NCBI GenBank assembly: GCA_002104905.1
Contig: MCFE01000089.1
Coordinates: 62,001 to 126,000 of the forward strand
DNA: 64,000 bases
From: Basidiobolus meristosporus CBS 931.73
Lineage: Eukaryota > Fungi > Basidiobolomycota
Reading direction: 5' to 3'
Shown: positions 23,401-36,099 of the stretch, piece by piece
Layout of the letters: each line of letters opens with the position of its first letter
How positions within the stretch are numbered: the first letter of the stretch is position 1
Translations under genes and position numbers: made by a program
The notes under the pieces: model-generated
Seen by the model: only the letters and a program-made list of their open reading frames with translations
Databases searched by the model: none
What the model was told of the DNA's origin: nothing

Positions 23401-25265
23401 GAACCAATCTACTGACTACAGAGAAAGAATACCCCATTTATCTGGGGAGAAGAGCAAGAAGAAGCCATGCAATTACTGAAAGAGGCCTTAGTATCTCCAC
23501 CAGTTCTAAGACCCTTGACTATCAAAACACTGAATGCCCACCTATTTTGACAGTGGATGCAAGCCCCATAGGAGCTGGAGCACTACTTGGACAAGATGAT
23601 GAAGATGGCAACCGCTATGCCTGCAGATATGAGAGCTGCCTATCCTCTCCTAGAGAACAAAGATACTCACAGATTAAGAGAGAACTACTAGGAGTTGTGA
23701 AGATGCTAAGGAAACTGAAGTCACAACTCTACATGACACATTTTATCCTGGAGACAGATGCCAAGCCACTTATAGGAATGATCAACAAGCCTGACCTACC
23801 TGATGATGCCACAAACCGATGGATGGCATGGCTGAAAATGTTTGACTTTGAGGTCAAACATATCCCTGGCAAGACAAATGTTGTGGCTGATGCACTCTCC
23901 AGGAAGGGACCACAATTATTTGAAGACTTGGACCCTCACTTTGATGAAATTATTGATGCAGAGATCCGACAGATTGCCATCAAAGACCAAGAGAGAACTA
24001 CCTGGAGTCTGATCAAGGAATATCTAAGGACACTTAAGAAACCTAGTTGGATGGATATTCAGGAGTTTAGAAAACTCAGGAAGAAGGCACACCACTACTA
24101 TCTTAAAGATGATCTTCTCTTTAAGCGAGTGAAGCCTGGACTTATGCCAAGAAGAGTAGTCACTACCCCTCAAGAGCAACTGAACATCATGACAAGTATC
24201 CACCAAGGAGAACCAGGAGGACATAGAGGACAAGAAGCCACATACAATACTACAGCTCAGAGGTACTACTGGGAAAACATGTACTATGATATCCAACACT
24301 TTGTTGAGTCATGTGTAGCCTGCCAGAAGAGATCCTCCAAGCGTTATGAAGAACCACTGCATCCTACTTACACAATCTGTCTATGGCAAAAGGTTGGTAT
24401 TGACCTTGTCCACATGCCAACAGCTGGATCAAAAAAGTACCTGATTGTTGCTAGAGATGACCTTAGTGGATGGGCAGAGGCTCGAGCCTTGCCCAACAAC
24501 AAGAGCCATACCATATGGAGATTTATACTTGAAGACATCATCTGCAGGTTTGGCTGCATCCGACAGTTTGTTGCTGACAGAGGAGAGATGACATCCCAAA
24601 TGATCCAGGAGTTGTGCTCAAAGTACAAGATACACATTGCTTTTACAACAGCTTACCACCCTCAAGCCAATGGAATGATAGAGAGAGGACATGGACCATT
24701 GGTAAACTCTCTTGTCAAGACCTGTGAGAATAACACAACACTGTGGCCACAGCAATTACACCTAGCACTCTGGGCAGATAGAATTACTACCAAGAGAACA
24801 ACTGGATTATCGCCATTCAAGCTACTCTATGGACATGACTGCATACTACCAGTTGAGTTAAACACAGTCACTTGGAACTCATTGAATTGGAGATCCAATA
24901 TGCAGACTGAAGACCTCCTTGCAACTCGCATACAGCAACTTGATCACCATGACTTGAATATCAGCAGAGCTGCTGAACAACTTAAGGATACACGACTAAA
25001 GAACAAGGTGCCCTTTGACAAATCACACCCAACAAGACCAAAACCACTATCACTAGGAGACCCAGTATTACTCTACAATTCTACCTTGGACAAGCAATGG
25101 AGTCGGAAGTTTGACAACAAATGGACTGGCCCCTACCTCATTTCCAAAGTGATTGGAAATGGAAGTTATTACATATCTGAGCTTGACAACACCCAGTTGA
25201 GAACACCAGTTGCTGGAAATCGACTTAAGTTATTCAAGCATAGGAATTTTGCACATCAAGATTAG
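20413..25265 (+). pseudogene. A1 gag-pol polyprotein with one nonsense codon and one frameshift
   Basis: CCHC knuckle CIWCDSTQHARQEC, protease HIDSGSEI, RT FVDD, RNase H TVDASP, integrase H-H-C-C and D-D-E, GPY. TGA at 23413-23415; a 1-bp deletion near 23513 breaks LRP(L)DYQ. Confidence 0.92.
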
Positions 25266-25304
25266 TTTGCTTTGACCCAAGTTCAAAGCTGAGAGGGGGG
25301 TGGA

Positions 25305-26375
25305 TGTAGTGGGGTGACAGTGACACCCACTGACAGATGTGCTCATTCCCTTATTTTCTACTTCCCTATATCCCTACTACACTCATTTTAGTTTTATCCC
25401 ATTTGTCTTACCCAATCAGTACTATCCCATAAGCCGGTTGACTATCACACCTGCTTACCTTATTGCATAAGTTACCCCTCACTTTATGTAAGATTACTAG
25501 CTATAAGTACTTCTATATTAGGCAAGTACCCGCGCCAGTACCCGTGACACATGATCAGCCCGTGTCACCATCCCTACCATTTCCATACCATATATGGTAT
25601 CCCCATGTTACACAGGTTTCAGAATACTGATTCCTGATTGGTTGGATGTGCTGTGCCTCTTAGAACCTTCCGGCACCTACTTAGAACATTCTTAGGTCAT
25701 TCTGATGTCATTAAGATTTCTATTGATATCCGGAACCTTCTGGAACACCATGATTAGTAATCACTTAGCCAGTGAGAAAAGTATATAAGGGAGGCTATCC
25801 CTCAACAATAAATCATCATCCCTTTTATCAATATACCAACTTGTTGATTAGTGTGATCACTGCTACCTGCTGCTACCTGAACTTCCAACCCTAGACCACA
25901 GGACACTCCCAGGAAACCGCGCTGACAGCCAACTGACCTTGGAGGCACTACTTGTGAGGAATACTCAGAGTAGGTATCTTTTATTATATTTGATTCTTTC
26001 CCAAGTTTGTTCTTGTACAGGCAAAGATACTTTTCTGTCTTTGTAACTATTGACCAAAGCTGCATTCTTATCAAGCCCCTGCTGGTGGAGTTTACAGTTG
26101 TTTTGACTTTGGAAGCTTTAGTACATTGTCATCTCAAAGGACGCTGAACCCAGCACATACTTTTGTTATGACGCCAACTAAGTTGGGGATTGTAGCTCAA
26201 TAGTTTTCCCTTGACAAGCTTGTGGCTTTATACCCCTTCACATTAGATTAGAGACAGAACCCAAGTATTCCTAGCAAGCTTTTGCCAGAGGTTATCGCAC
26301 CCAGTGAACACCCCACACACAAAACACTTGAGAAGTGTTGGACGTATCTCTCCCTTGGACTTATACACCACCACA
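25305..26375 (+). repeat. family A 3' LTR
   Basis: Near-identical direct repeat of 19202-20272. Confidence 0.95.
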
Positions 26376-27295
26376 GCGCCATGGTAGTCATTCCTTGTTG
26401 CTACAGGCTAAGGATCTGGAGTAACTGTTGCTGCTGAGCCAGGATTTGTTGCATAGCATTCATCCATTCTTGATTCTTGGACATCTTGAGGGAGGCTTCT
26501 TCTTTCTTCAGGAGGGATGTTTCTGCTTATTGCTGCTACCAATGTTACAAGTCTTGGTATAAGAGTTGTAGGGGAATAGGCGGTTTAGCTAGTATTGTAT
26601 TCACTAAAACTTGAACTGATCTTTATTGAGATTCCAACAGCTCCTTACATACATTTTGCCAGGTCAATTGCTGACTAATTGTATTTCCTAATGTAGGTTG
26701 TGGCTGATGACTCATTTGGTGGCATCATCATCACCCAATAAGATCCTACTTAATACATCTATTTCTGTCTGATAAGGATCTGCTGATTCATTTGCTGACT
26801 AATGCTACTAAATTGATAGATAATACTGATATACTGATAAGCTACACATATATCTAATTGATTTGACTAAAAACTGATTGAACTTAAACATTCAAGTGGC
26901 GGATCATAACATTCTTACGGCAGTATTAAAGGAGAATTCCTCTACTCCAGCAACCTACAAGGTACAGACTCCTTTGAAGAAATATTCAGTTATATTTCCG
27001 GAGGAACCTGCAAGCCTACCACCAGTCAGAGATGTTGATCATGCCATTGACTCAAGAGATAGCCCTCCAATGAGTAAGACACCTTACAGAATGAGTCCAT
27101 TGGAGTTGGAGGAGATGAAGAGACAAACAGATTGGTTATTGGAGCAAGGATATATCAGACCCAGCAAGTCACCTTGGGGAGCACCAGTACTCTTTGTGAA
27201 AAAGAAGGATGAAACACTTAGGATGTGCATTCACTACAGAGCCCTCAACTCATTTACCATGAAGAATAAGTACCATATTTATTGTTAGGCAGTGT

Positions 27296-29478
27296 TGTAG
27301 TGTATAGGTCCAAGGGGGAGATATGTTGTAGTGGTGTATAAATCCAAGGGAGAGATACATTGTAGTGGGGTCATAGTGACACCCATAGGCAGATGTGCTC
27401 ATTCCCATATGTTTGCTTCCCTAAAAAAGATTACCCCCCCCTAAATTAGTATCATCCCAAATTGCAATATTTTCTATCTGTCTATGTGATTATTACTATG
27501 TGACCTGGCAAACTATTTGTCAATATTAACCCGTTGCACAAGCTATTCCTATTCCTTCCCAAGATGCCAAGATAAGATAGTTACCATATAAGGCTAGTAT
27601 CTCCAACAGTACCTATGTCATGTGATCATCTTGGTCTCATAACCCTTGTATCACACTACCATATGAGGTAACTACATGACACAGAGGTTTTATATTACCA
27701 CTATCTGATTGGCTAGGTGCTACTATATCTCATAGAACAATCCACCAAGTGTTTGAGCTATTTTTAGTGCACAATGACATGATTGGCTGTCTACTACTGT
27801 CTGGAAACTTCCAAAAAGTATTTTCTAGCAAGAATTTGAGCAGCAAAAAAGTATACATGGGAGGCTATCCCTTGAAAATAAATCATCCCTCTTCCAATAT
27901 TCCAACTTATTGATTAGTGAGATCACCACTGCCTGTTACCACTATTTTCTGACTCAGACCTGACAATACTCCCAGGAAACCACGCCAACAGCCAACTGAT
28001 CTTGGAGGCACTACTTGTGTGGAATACTCAGAGTAGGTGTATTTTATTATATTGGATTGTTTTCCCAAGTTTGTTCTTGTACAGGCAAAGATACTTTTCA
28101 GACTTTGTAACTATTAGTCAAAGCTGCATTCTTATCAAGTCCCTGTTGGTGGAGTTTACAGTTGTTTTGACTTTGGAAGCTTTAGTACACTGTCATCTCC
28201 AAGGACATTATAGCCATTATAAACTTTTGTCAAGATGCCAACTAAGTTGGCAATTGTGCTCAATAGTTTTCCCTTGACAAGCTTGAGGCTTTATCCCCCT
28301 TCACATTAGATTAGACAAGAGACCCGGTATTCCTAGCAAGCTTTTGCCAGAGGTTGGCACACCCAGTGAACACCCCACACGTATTCACACTTGAGAAGTG
28401 TTGGCTGTATTTTGCCCTTTGGACTTATACACCACCACAACATCCAACACTTCTCAAGTGTTTTGTGTGTGGGGTGTTCAGTAGGTGCAATAACCTCTGG
28501 CAAAAGCTTGCAAGGTATACTTTGGTTTTGTCTCTAATCTAACGTAATGGGGTATAAAGCTACAAGCTTGTCAAGGGAAAACTATTGAGCTACAATCCCC
28601 AACTTAGTTGGTGTCTTAACAAAAGTATGTGCTGGGTTCAGCATCCTTTGAGATGACAATGTACTAAAGCTTCCACAGTCAAAGCAACTGTAAACTCAAC
28701 CAGCAGGGACTTGATAAGAATGCAGCTGTGGTCAATAGTTTCAAAAACAGAAAAGTATAATTGCCTGTACAAGAACAAACCTGGGAAAAAATCAAATATA
28801 ATAAAAAATACCAGCTCTGAGTATTACTCACAAGTAGTGCCTCCAATGTCAGTTGACTGTCAGCGCAGTGTCCTGGGAGTGTCCTGTGGTCTGGGTTGGA
28901 AGTTCAGGTAGCAGCAGGTAGCAGTGATCACACTAATCAACAAGTTGGTATATTGATAAAAGAGATGATGATTTATTGTTGATGGATAGCCTCCCTTATG
29001 TACTTTTCCTACTGGCTAAGTGATTACTAATCATGGTATTCCAGAAGGTTCCAGATATCAATAGAAATCTTAATGACATCAGAATGACCCAAGAATGTTC
29101 TAAGTAGGTGCTGGAAGGTTCTAAGAGGCACAGCACTTCCAACCAATCAGAAATTAGTACCCTGAAACCTGTGTAATGTAGGGATACCATATATAGTATG
29201 GAGGTGATAGGGATGGTGACATGGGTTGATCATGTGTCATGGGTACTGATGCAGGTACCTGCCTAATATAGAAGCACTTGCTGCTAGTAATCTTACATAA
29301 AGTGAGGGATAATCTATGCAATAAGGTTAGCAGGGGTGATAGTCAACCAGCTTTTGGGATAGTACTGATCAGGCAAGACAAATTGGATAAAACTAAAATA
29401 TGTGTAGTAGAGAAATAGGGAAGTAGAAAATATGGAAAGAGCACATCTATAAGTGGGTGTAACTGTCACCCAACTACA
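27296..29478. mobile_element. Stack of nested family A/A' LTRs
   Basis: Minus LTR stub 27296-27326; minus LTR 27327-27360 + 28440-29478; plus A' LTR 27361-28439 with TSD ACAT (27357-27360, 28440-28443). Confidence 0.88.
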
Positions 29479-31218
29479 ACACTGCCAAGATTAAAAATAC
29501 CTGACTTCAGAAAAGAGTTTACTCCATACACAGATGCTTCAGACTATGCCATTGGTGGAGTGTTGAGCCAAGAACACAAGGGAAAGGACTACCCAGTGGC
29601 CTTTGAATCCAAGAAACTGAGCTCAGCAGAACAAAACTATCCAGTACACAAGTAGGAGATGTTTGCTATAATACATTGTTTGAAGACATGGTGATGCTAT
29701 ATTGAAGGACTCTAATGCATTATGAAGACTGATCATGCCACTGTCCAGAATAAATTTTCTCAGAAGGTACTCTCTAGAAGAATTACAAGATGGAGTGAAT
29801 ACGTTCAGCAATTTGATTTGGAGACTGTCTACTGCCCTGGGAAAAGCAACACAGTTGCTGAAGCCTTATCAAGATTAGAATCAGTGGCACAACTGAGCTT
29901 GGTGCATGAATCAGATTGGCCTAGCCTATTACAAAAATACTCAGAGGACCAATCCATTCCTGATGAGGTGGATGAAGAGATCAAGAAAATAATCCAAGAT
30001 GGAGCCAGCAAATTTGTGGTACAGGATGAAACACTACTGAACTGCTGATGGAAGCCCTATTGCCTATTGCCCTTATGTTGCTTGCCTAGATTTAATACAC
30101 AAGCTACACAATGAATATGGACATCTTTGATTGAAGGAACCTATAGCCTTGTGAAAGCCAGGGCATGGTGGCCCAGAATGAAACAAGACATTGAGTAGCT
30201 AGTGAAAACATGGCCAAATTGCCAAATCAACCCAGGCCAGCCACAGAAAATTGCTGAACTCTTTCCCTTGGAGCCTGTAAGACCATCCAAAAGATGAGGA
30301 ATTGACTTTATTGGAAGACTGCCAACTTCCAGGAAATGCAACCATTGAATCAAAGTAGTATTTGACCATGCCACCAAATGGCTAGTGTCCAAAGCAGTAC
30401 CTATAGCCAATGTACAAGAAGTTGCAAGTTTCATCTACCATGAGATCCTTATAAAATTTGGATTTCCTGTAGAGATTCTATCCAAAAGAGAAGCAAAATA
30501 TTTGGCAAAAACATTGGATGCCTACCTGGAAATGCAACACATCAGACACTTGAAAACCTTGGTATAGCACCCTAGAACTGATGGAATGACTGAGTGGCTT
30601 AATGGATCATTTCAGAAAATGCTGACCTCATATGCAAATGAAGCTGTCAGTAAAAGGGATGAGTAAATAGACCAAGCACTTTTTGCATGCAGAGCTAGAG
30701 TACACAACACCACCAAACAAGCTCCATTTAACTTAGTGTATGAATGTGAACTAAGGATTCCAGGAGATCTCGCACAATTAAACCATCAAGATATTGATAT
30801 TACAAGAAAAGCAATTCAGGAAGACCCTCTCAACTTTATTAGAGGATAATATTATGATCAACAGTTGAATGTTTAATTTAGATTAGTTCTTGGCCAAATC
30901 AATTAGCTATGTGTTTAGCCTATCAGTATATCAGTGTTATCTATCAAATCAGTAGCATTAGTCAGCAAATGAATCAGCAGATCCTTATCAGACAAGAATT
31001 GATATATTGAGTAGGACCTTATTAGGTGATGATAGTGCAATTGAATGAGTCATCATCCACAACCTATATTTGGAAATACAATTAGTGAGCAAGCAATCAG
31101 GCAAAATGTATATAAGGAGCTGCTAGAACCTCAATAAAAGTCAGTTCAAGTTTTAGTGAGCATAAAAACTAGCTAAACTCCATATACCTCTACAGCTCTT
31201 ATATCAAGGCTTGTAACA

Positions 31219-32150
31219 TCAGCACTTTACCATCATACTATCTATACTATCTAGAAGTGTTAAAATGCCAAAGAAAAATCCCATCTCTACCTTTTGATTT
31301 CTGATTTGAGCATTTTTTGTCAGGGATGTGATCACAAACATCACTGCTTAAGTGGCAGGGCCACTTTGTTTCAGAGTCAATATATCATTCATTACTGTGG
31401 CTATTTGCACTCTCTTATACAGCTATAAGTAGTAGCTTATCTGTAGTTGAATAATTTGCCTGCTGTAGCTTCTGCATCCTGTTTCATTGTTTCTTTGTAC
31501 TCTCTTGCCCAGTGTCACGACTTCTTAAAGTTGCCACAGCAGCCAGGTTTTCTTTAGTTCTAGTGCTTTCCCTACTTTTTTGGGAGCCTTCTTGAGCTGA
31601 ATACAGCATTGGCTTCAATCTTCCCTGCTTGGTCATTATGTCTGAGTTCTTCATGAGGAAGTTTTTATTAACATAGTCTAAGATCAGATTATCTTCTCCG
31701 CTATCAAGAGATAATATAAGTGACTAATACTTGCCTGGTAAGCTGCCAAGTAGTCTAAGTATGTGTACTTCATCATCTATACTAACATTGCTGCTACAAA
31801 GCTCTTCTGCAAGTATTTCTATTCTAGTCAAGAGCTCTAGTATGTCATCCTGTGGCTACTTCCTCATATACAAGAGCTTTCATTCTAGATAAAGCATGCA
31901 TGATACTGGTTTTGCTCAGAAAATCTTCATTTGGGAATGGTATGCTGCTTTGGCTGTATTACAACCATGAATCTGTCCAAAGAAGGAATTTTGAACATTG
32001 CTGCACATGGCGTCAAAGGCTGATCTCACCTTCTCTTGAATTTGTACATCTTTTTCTGACATTCCTCTGGGCTTCACTGGATACAAGAAGTTTAGCAAGG
32101 AAATAGTAGCAACAGTTGCTCTGTTGCTTGTTTGCATAGATGCTCAAAGT
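31219..32150 (-). pseudogene. Degraded copia gag to protease remnant
   Basis: ORF 31916-32137 (AFDAMCSNVQNSFFGQIH..TAKAA) is paralogous to gag 2112-2630. Confidence 0.75.
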
Positions 32151-32179
32151 TAATATATATGTGGAAGTAATATATTTGC

Positions 32180-35110
32180 AACACTAAGTTGATAAATCCA
32201 GATCAGCAGCAGGATTTTGCAGTGAGGCTGTCCTGATGCCAGCAGCTTGGAGCTCTTGACCCACTTCTTAATCATGAGACAGGATTGTGATGGGGTTTGC
32301 AGATTTTAGTGCCAGATCAAGTTAAATACTTGATAGTGTCTTAACATATTCTTGCCAACAATTGCAAGCCATTCTGACAGGCTTGATGTGCTCTACACTT
32401 ATTTTAGCAGACTCAATCAGTCATATATCTAAGTTTCTTATATGGCAACAACTATAACAGGATTTTTATGACTGCTTTATAGACTTCTGCTAGCAGAATA
32501 ATGGCAGCACAGTGGACTACAGCTAGATCATTATGATTCAACCATACCAGCTTACCAAGTGCTACTTTTTTCTGTCTTCATTATGCCTTATATGTATTCC
32601 ATTATGGAATTGTCTCACTTAATTAGCTTACACACTACTACAATGAATATTCCAGAAATTGCTTTGATAACAAAGATTAAGCCTACTCCTATCCTAAATC
32701 TGCCAGCTTACCACATCAATAATGGACTTTTTTGAATTGTATATTCTTGATCAGATTGGTCTATGAAAGTACAAGTAACTTAACTTGTACTTCTATTTCC
32801 TCACACATCAGCTCCAGTAGAAACTCTCCAGAGATGAGGATGCTGATGTTTTAGGAGTCCACTTGATTATTGCTATATTATGAGCTAGCACTTGACTAAA
32901 TGATTTGTTTCAGATTATTAACCTAAGAATTATCTTATAAGATATTTGCTGACTATCAGGAATTGGTGAAGTATGGAATTTTAGGAAAGCTTGAATCATA
33001 TCAGAATGAGCTGAAGCTTGGCTCATGTACTCCTGAGACTCCCCTGATAATGATCAAAAGTTCTATTTTGGTACCCTTAAGCAACCACAAACACTGCATT
33101 GCAACACAATGTAACATCAAGTAAGCATCATGTAAAGCCCCTAATTCTCCAGTCCACTTCAATACATCTCTATGATATTTCAACAGAAGCATGTCCTCAT
33201 ATTCTCCAGATGCCAATCCAAATGGGATAGGGAATAGATGCATTTGAATGGTATAGATATTGGCTTATGGCCAAGTGAAACCCAGAATACTTTGGTAGAG
33301 ATTTCCTAATGAAATCAGCTGCCAATTGCACCCAACCCTCTTTGCTTTATTCAACTGATTTCCCATGCATTAGGTCTGCTTAGCTTTATAATGCTGTGGT
33401 CATAGGTGTCTCCATGTGCATATCTGTCCTCAGTATTTTCCTACTATTCCTAGCTGTCCTCCATGTGCCAAGTCATCTCATCCATGATGGACTTGAAGAT
33501 AATATTCCTGATGAGATTGGGATATTGTAGTACTTGTGACTTTACTTCTCTATCTATCTCCCCATATGTGAACTCCACAGGAAAATCCCAAAAGTTGCAT
33601 CAAGGCCCAATATTCTCCACATACCAAGCAAGATGAATTAGTGAATGGATACTGAAGCAGCAGTGATCTTCACATTCAGCTTTATATTTGCAGTACTGCC
33701 ACTCAAAGCCTGTCACAAACTCCTTGCATAAAAGCTTCAGATGCACCAAATAATTATTGGGAATCTGCTGCTAGATACATATTACTACAAAGTCAAAATA
33801 TGGCTCCCAATGCTTTCAATGCACTGTTGGCTGAGATGGCTCAGAAGGCTATTTGAATAAACATATATTCAGCTCATCCTGTCAATGCTTTTGTTTTTTC
33901 ATACACATATGAGTACAAATGGAGGTTTCATGAGGTACTCTGGGTTGTAGATACACTGCAATATACTGGAAACTCTTTCAAATTTACCTGATATCTTGAA
34001 GGGCTCATCTGACTTGAAATATCCTATGCCTATCCTAGTAATTGCTATTGAGATATTGCTGAGTAGCAAATGCATTGTCCCTAGTGGAAAGCTTTTGGTC
34101 CCAGAAATTTCCACAATCTGAAGAGTCTCTAGATTTGATTGATTCCATATTCTAGCAAATGGCTGATAGCTTGGTAACTTTGCTGCCATCATATGCTGAC
34201 TTTGTTACCTTCACTCTTTGTTGATGTAAGAGCTGGTATTAGGATAAAAATAATGTCCTTTAGTCCTGGAGTGAATCCCCTGGATCTTGCAAGTTAAACA
34301 GCAATACCATCCATTGCACCTGGAAAAGCCACTTACCTTTAAGATGACTGGGATATCTCAATGCAGCTAAAACTTTAAGCTCTGACATGAAAGCCATATA
34401 ACAGCATCCTTTTGGACTGTAGACCTCCTCCAAGGAGGTATTTAGGTGGCTATCCCAACTAGATGGCAATATAAGTCATGATACAAGTGAGATTATCATC
34501 AGATTTCTGGTCTGATACTCTCCAAATGGCAGCATACTCAGCTCATTAGATTGCATGATGTGCTGTTAGAGCACTAATTAAATGAGACTGCATTAACTGC
34601 CCAGGCAAAGGCACTGTTGAGCATACTTCAGAGTGGCCCTGGCCTCTTGGCTGTTTGCAATGTTACCATAAAACACATTGCAGATGTTTGCATTTGAGGA
34701 ATGCTGAGTGTGGTATTGTATAGCTTCACAATACCTGTTGGACTGCATGAGCTTTGTTAGATAATGTAGTACCAGAGTATATCTAGAGTGTGGACAATGT
34801 TTCCCTGCTCTGGTGGCTGATTCCTGATAAGCTGGATATCTTACAAAGGTGACATTTTTTGCTTTAAATGCCATGCATTTGTTGATACAGTCTGGCATAA
34901 GGACTGTCACTCAGTTACATGTGGCTAGCTTTGTAAAAGTTGTTCATTTAAAATATCCAGCTGCAAGTTGCAGCCTGGAATAATCTTGCTAAGAGGAGGC
35001 TCTAGATCCCCAAAACCTCCACTGCTGATATTGATGGAAACAAGCAACTTCTCAAGCCACATCATCAGGTCATTAACCTGACAATCAGCTACTTGGTTCA
35101 GTTTGCTCCA
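32180..35110 (-). mobile_element. Degraded CMC/CACTA element (left arm plus tnp2 transposase remnant)
   Basis: Left-arm similarity to 52640-53000; fragments 33899-34910 paralogous to 40725-42338; ends eroded. Confidence 0.7.
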
Positions 35111-35114
35111 CAAA

Positions 35115-36095
35115 GCAATCTTGGTATTTACTTGGACTCATTTAATGGCACATCATTGCCCAATTGAATCTTACTTAGTATATTGATTTCTGTCTGATAA
35201 GGATCTGCTGCTACATCTACTAACTGGTACAACTGATTTGACAGATAATACAGATATACCAATAGGTGAAATATAAACTAATTGCTTAAACTAAAGCTGA
35301 TCTAACTTAAACATTCAAGCAGCAGATCTTAACTTTGCTCCCTTCTAAGCTTAAGAGGATTCTCATGAATCTCTTTTCTTGTGATACCAATAGCTTAGTA
35401 GTTCAGCATTGTCAGTAAGTCTAGCAGGCTAGAGTCTGACTCTATGATCTAAATCTTCTTCAATATTCATTTGTTTTCTACTAGTGGGTAAGTTGCAAGT
35501 TAATATTCTCTAAAGATCTTGAGAGGTCCTCTCCATTGATGCAAACATTTCTTCCAGGTGTTATCTCTTAGCAATACATAGTTCCCAACTGTCAATGCTT
35601 CAGGACACATAGTCTTGATAAATCTGTGCTTTATCTTTTCTGCACTTTGGAGATTTTGGCATGTGCCCATCAATATTTTGTTCCAATTGTTAGTGTCTTC
35701 AGTACTAACCAAGTTAAATTCTCTAAGTTGGTGGTGAGCTTTGGTTGTGTGAGATCTCCTGGAATCCTTTGTTCACATCCATGAACTGAGTAAAACCGTA
35801 ACTTTTGAGTAGTGTTGCACACCAATACTCTGCAGGCAAATGGTGCTTGTGTGATAAGTCTTAATGTAAAAGTTATAGAGGAATAGGGAGTTTAGCTAGT
35901 ATTGTATTCACCAAAATTTGAAATGATTTCTACTGAGGTCCCAGTTGCTCCTTAGATAGATTTTGCCAGATCAATTGCTGACTAAATGTAAATTCAAATG
36001 TAGGTTGTAGTTGAAAACTCATTTGATTGCATCATAATTAGCCAATTATATCCATCTTTATACATCTATTTCTATCTGATAAGGATCTGCTTATT
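35115..36095 (-). mobile_element. gypsy family B fragments (two partial LTRs and integrase 3' end)
   Basis: Partial LTRs ~35130-35333 and ~35845-36095; ORF 35500-35712 matches the integrase C-terminus. Confidence 0.75.
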
Positions 36096-36099
36096 CATA

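Larger units (their letters stand above)
19202..26375 (+). mobile_element. Ty3/gypsy element A1, full length and young
   Basis: 1071-bp LTRs 19202-20272 and 25305-26375 (about 13 differences by eye), PBS 20277-20294, PPT GAGAGGGGGGTGGA 25291-25304, perfect TSD GCGC (19198-19201, 26376-26379). Confidence 0.97.
15171..26911 (-). mobile_element. Ty3/gypsy element B3, full length, degraded, inserted in B2
   Basis: LTRs 26543-26911 and 15171-15539; RT-RNase H ORF 17167-17994; TSD TCCT (15167-15170) / TTCT (26912-26915); the empty site restores the B2 reading frame. Confidence 0.88.
13348..31218 (+). mobile_element. Ty3/gypsy element B2, host of nested insertions (own pieces 13348-15170, 26912-27285, 29479-31218)
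   Basis: 5' LTR 13348-13713, PBS TGGTAGCAGC at 13715, gag/protease remnants, RT start, RNase H-integrase, 3' LTR 30850-31218. Flanks GGAG/TCAG do not match, so the 3' piece may come from another copy. Confidence 0.75.

Noticed and set aside
23500-23546. Programmed ribosomal frameshift in A1
   Set aside because: It lies between RT and RNase H rather than at gag-pol, has no clear slippery site, and a 1-bp deletion explains it.
25200-25265. Chromodomain on family A or B integrases
   Set aside because: Both ORFs end too soon after the GPY/F motif and lack aromatic-cage residues.
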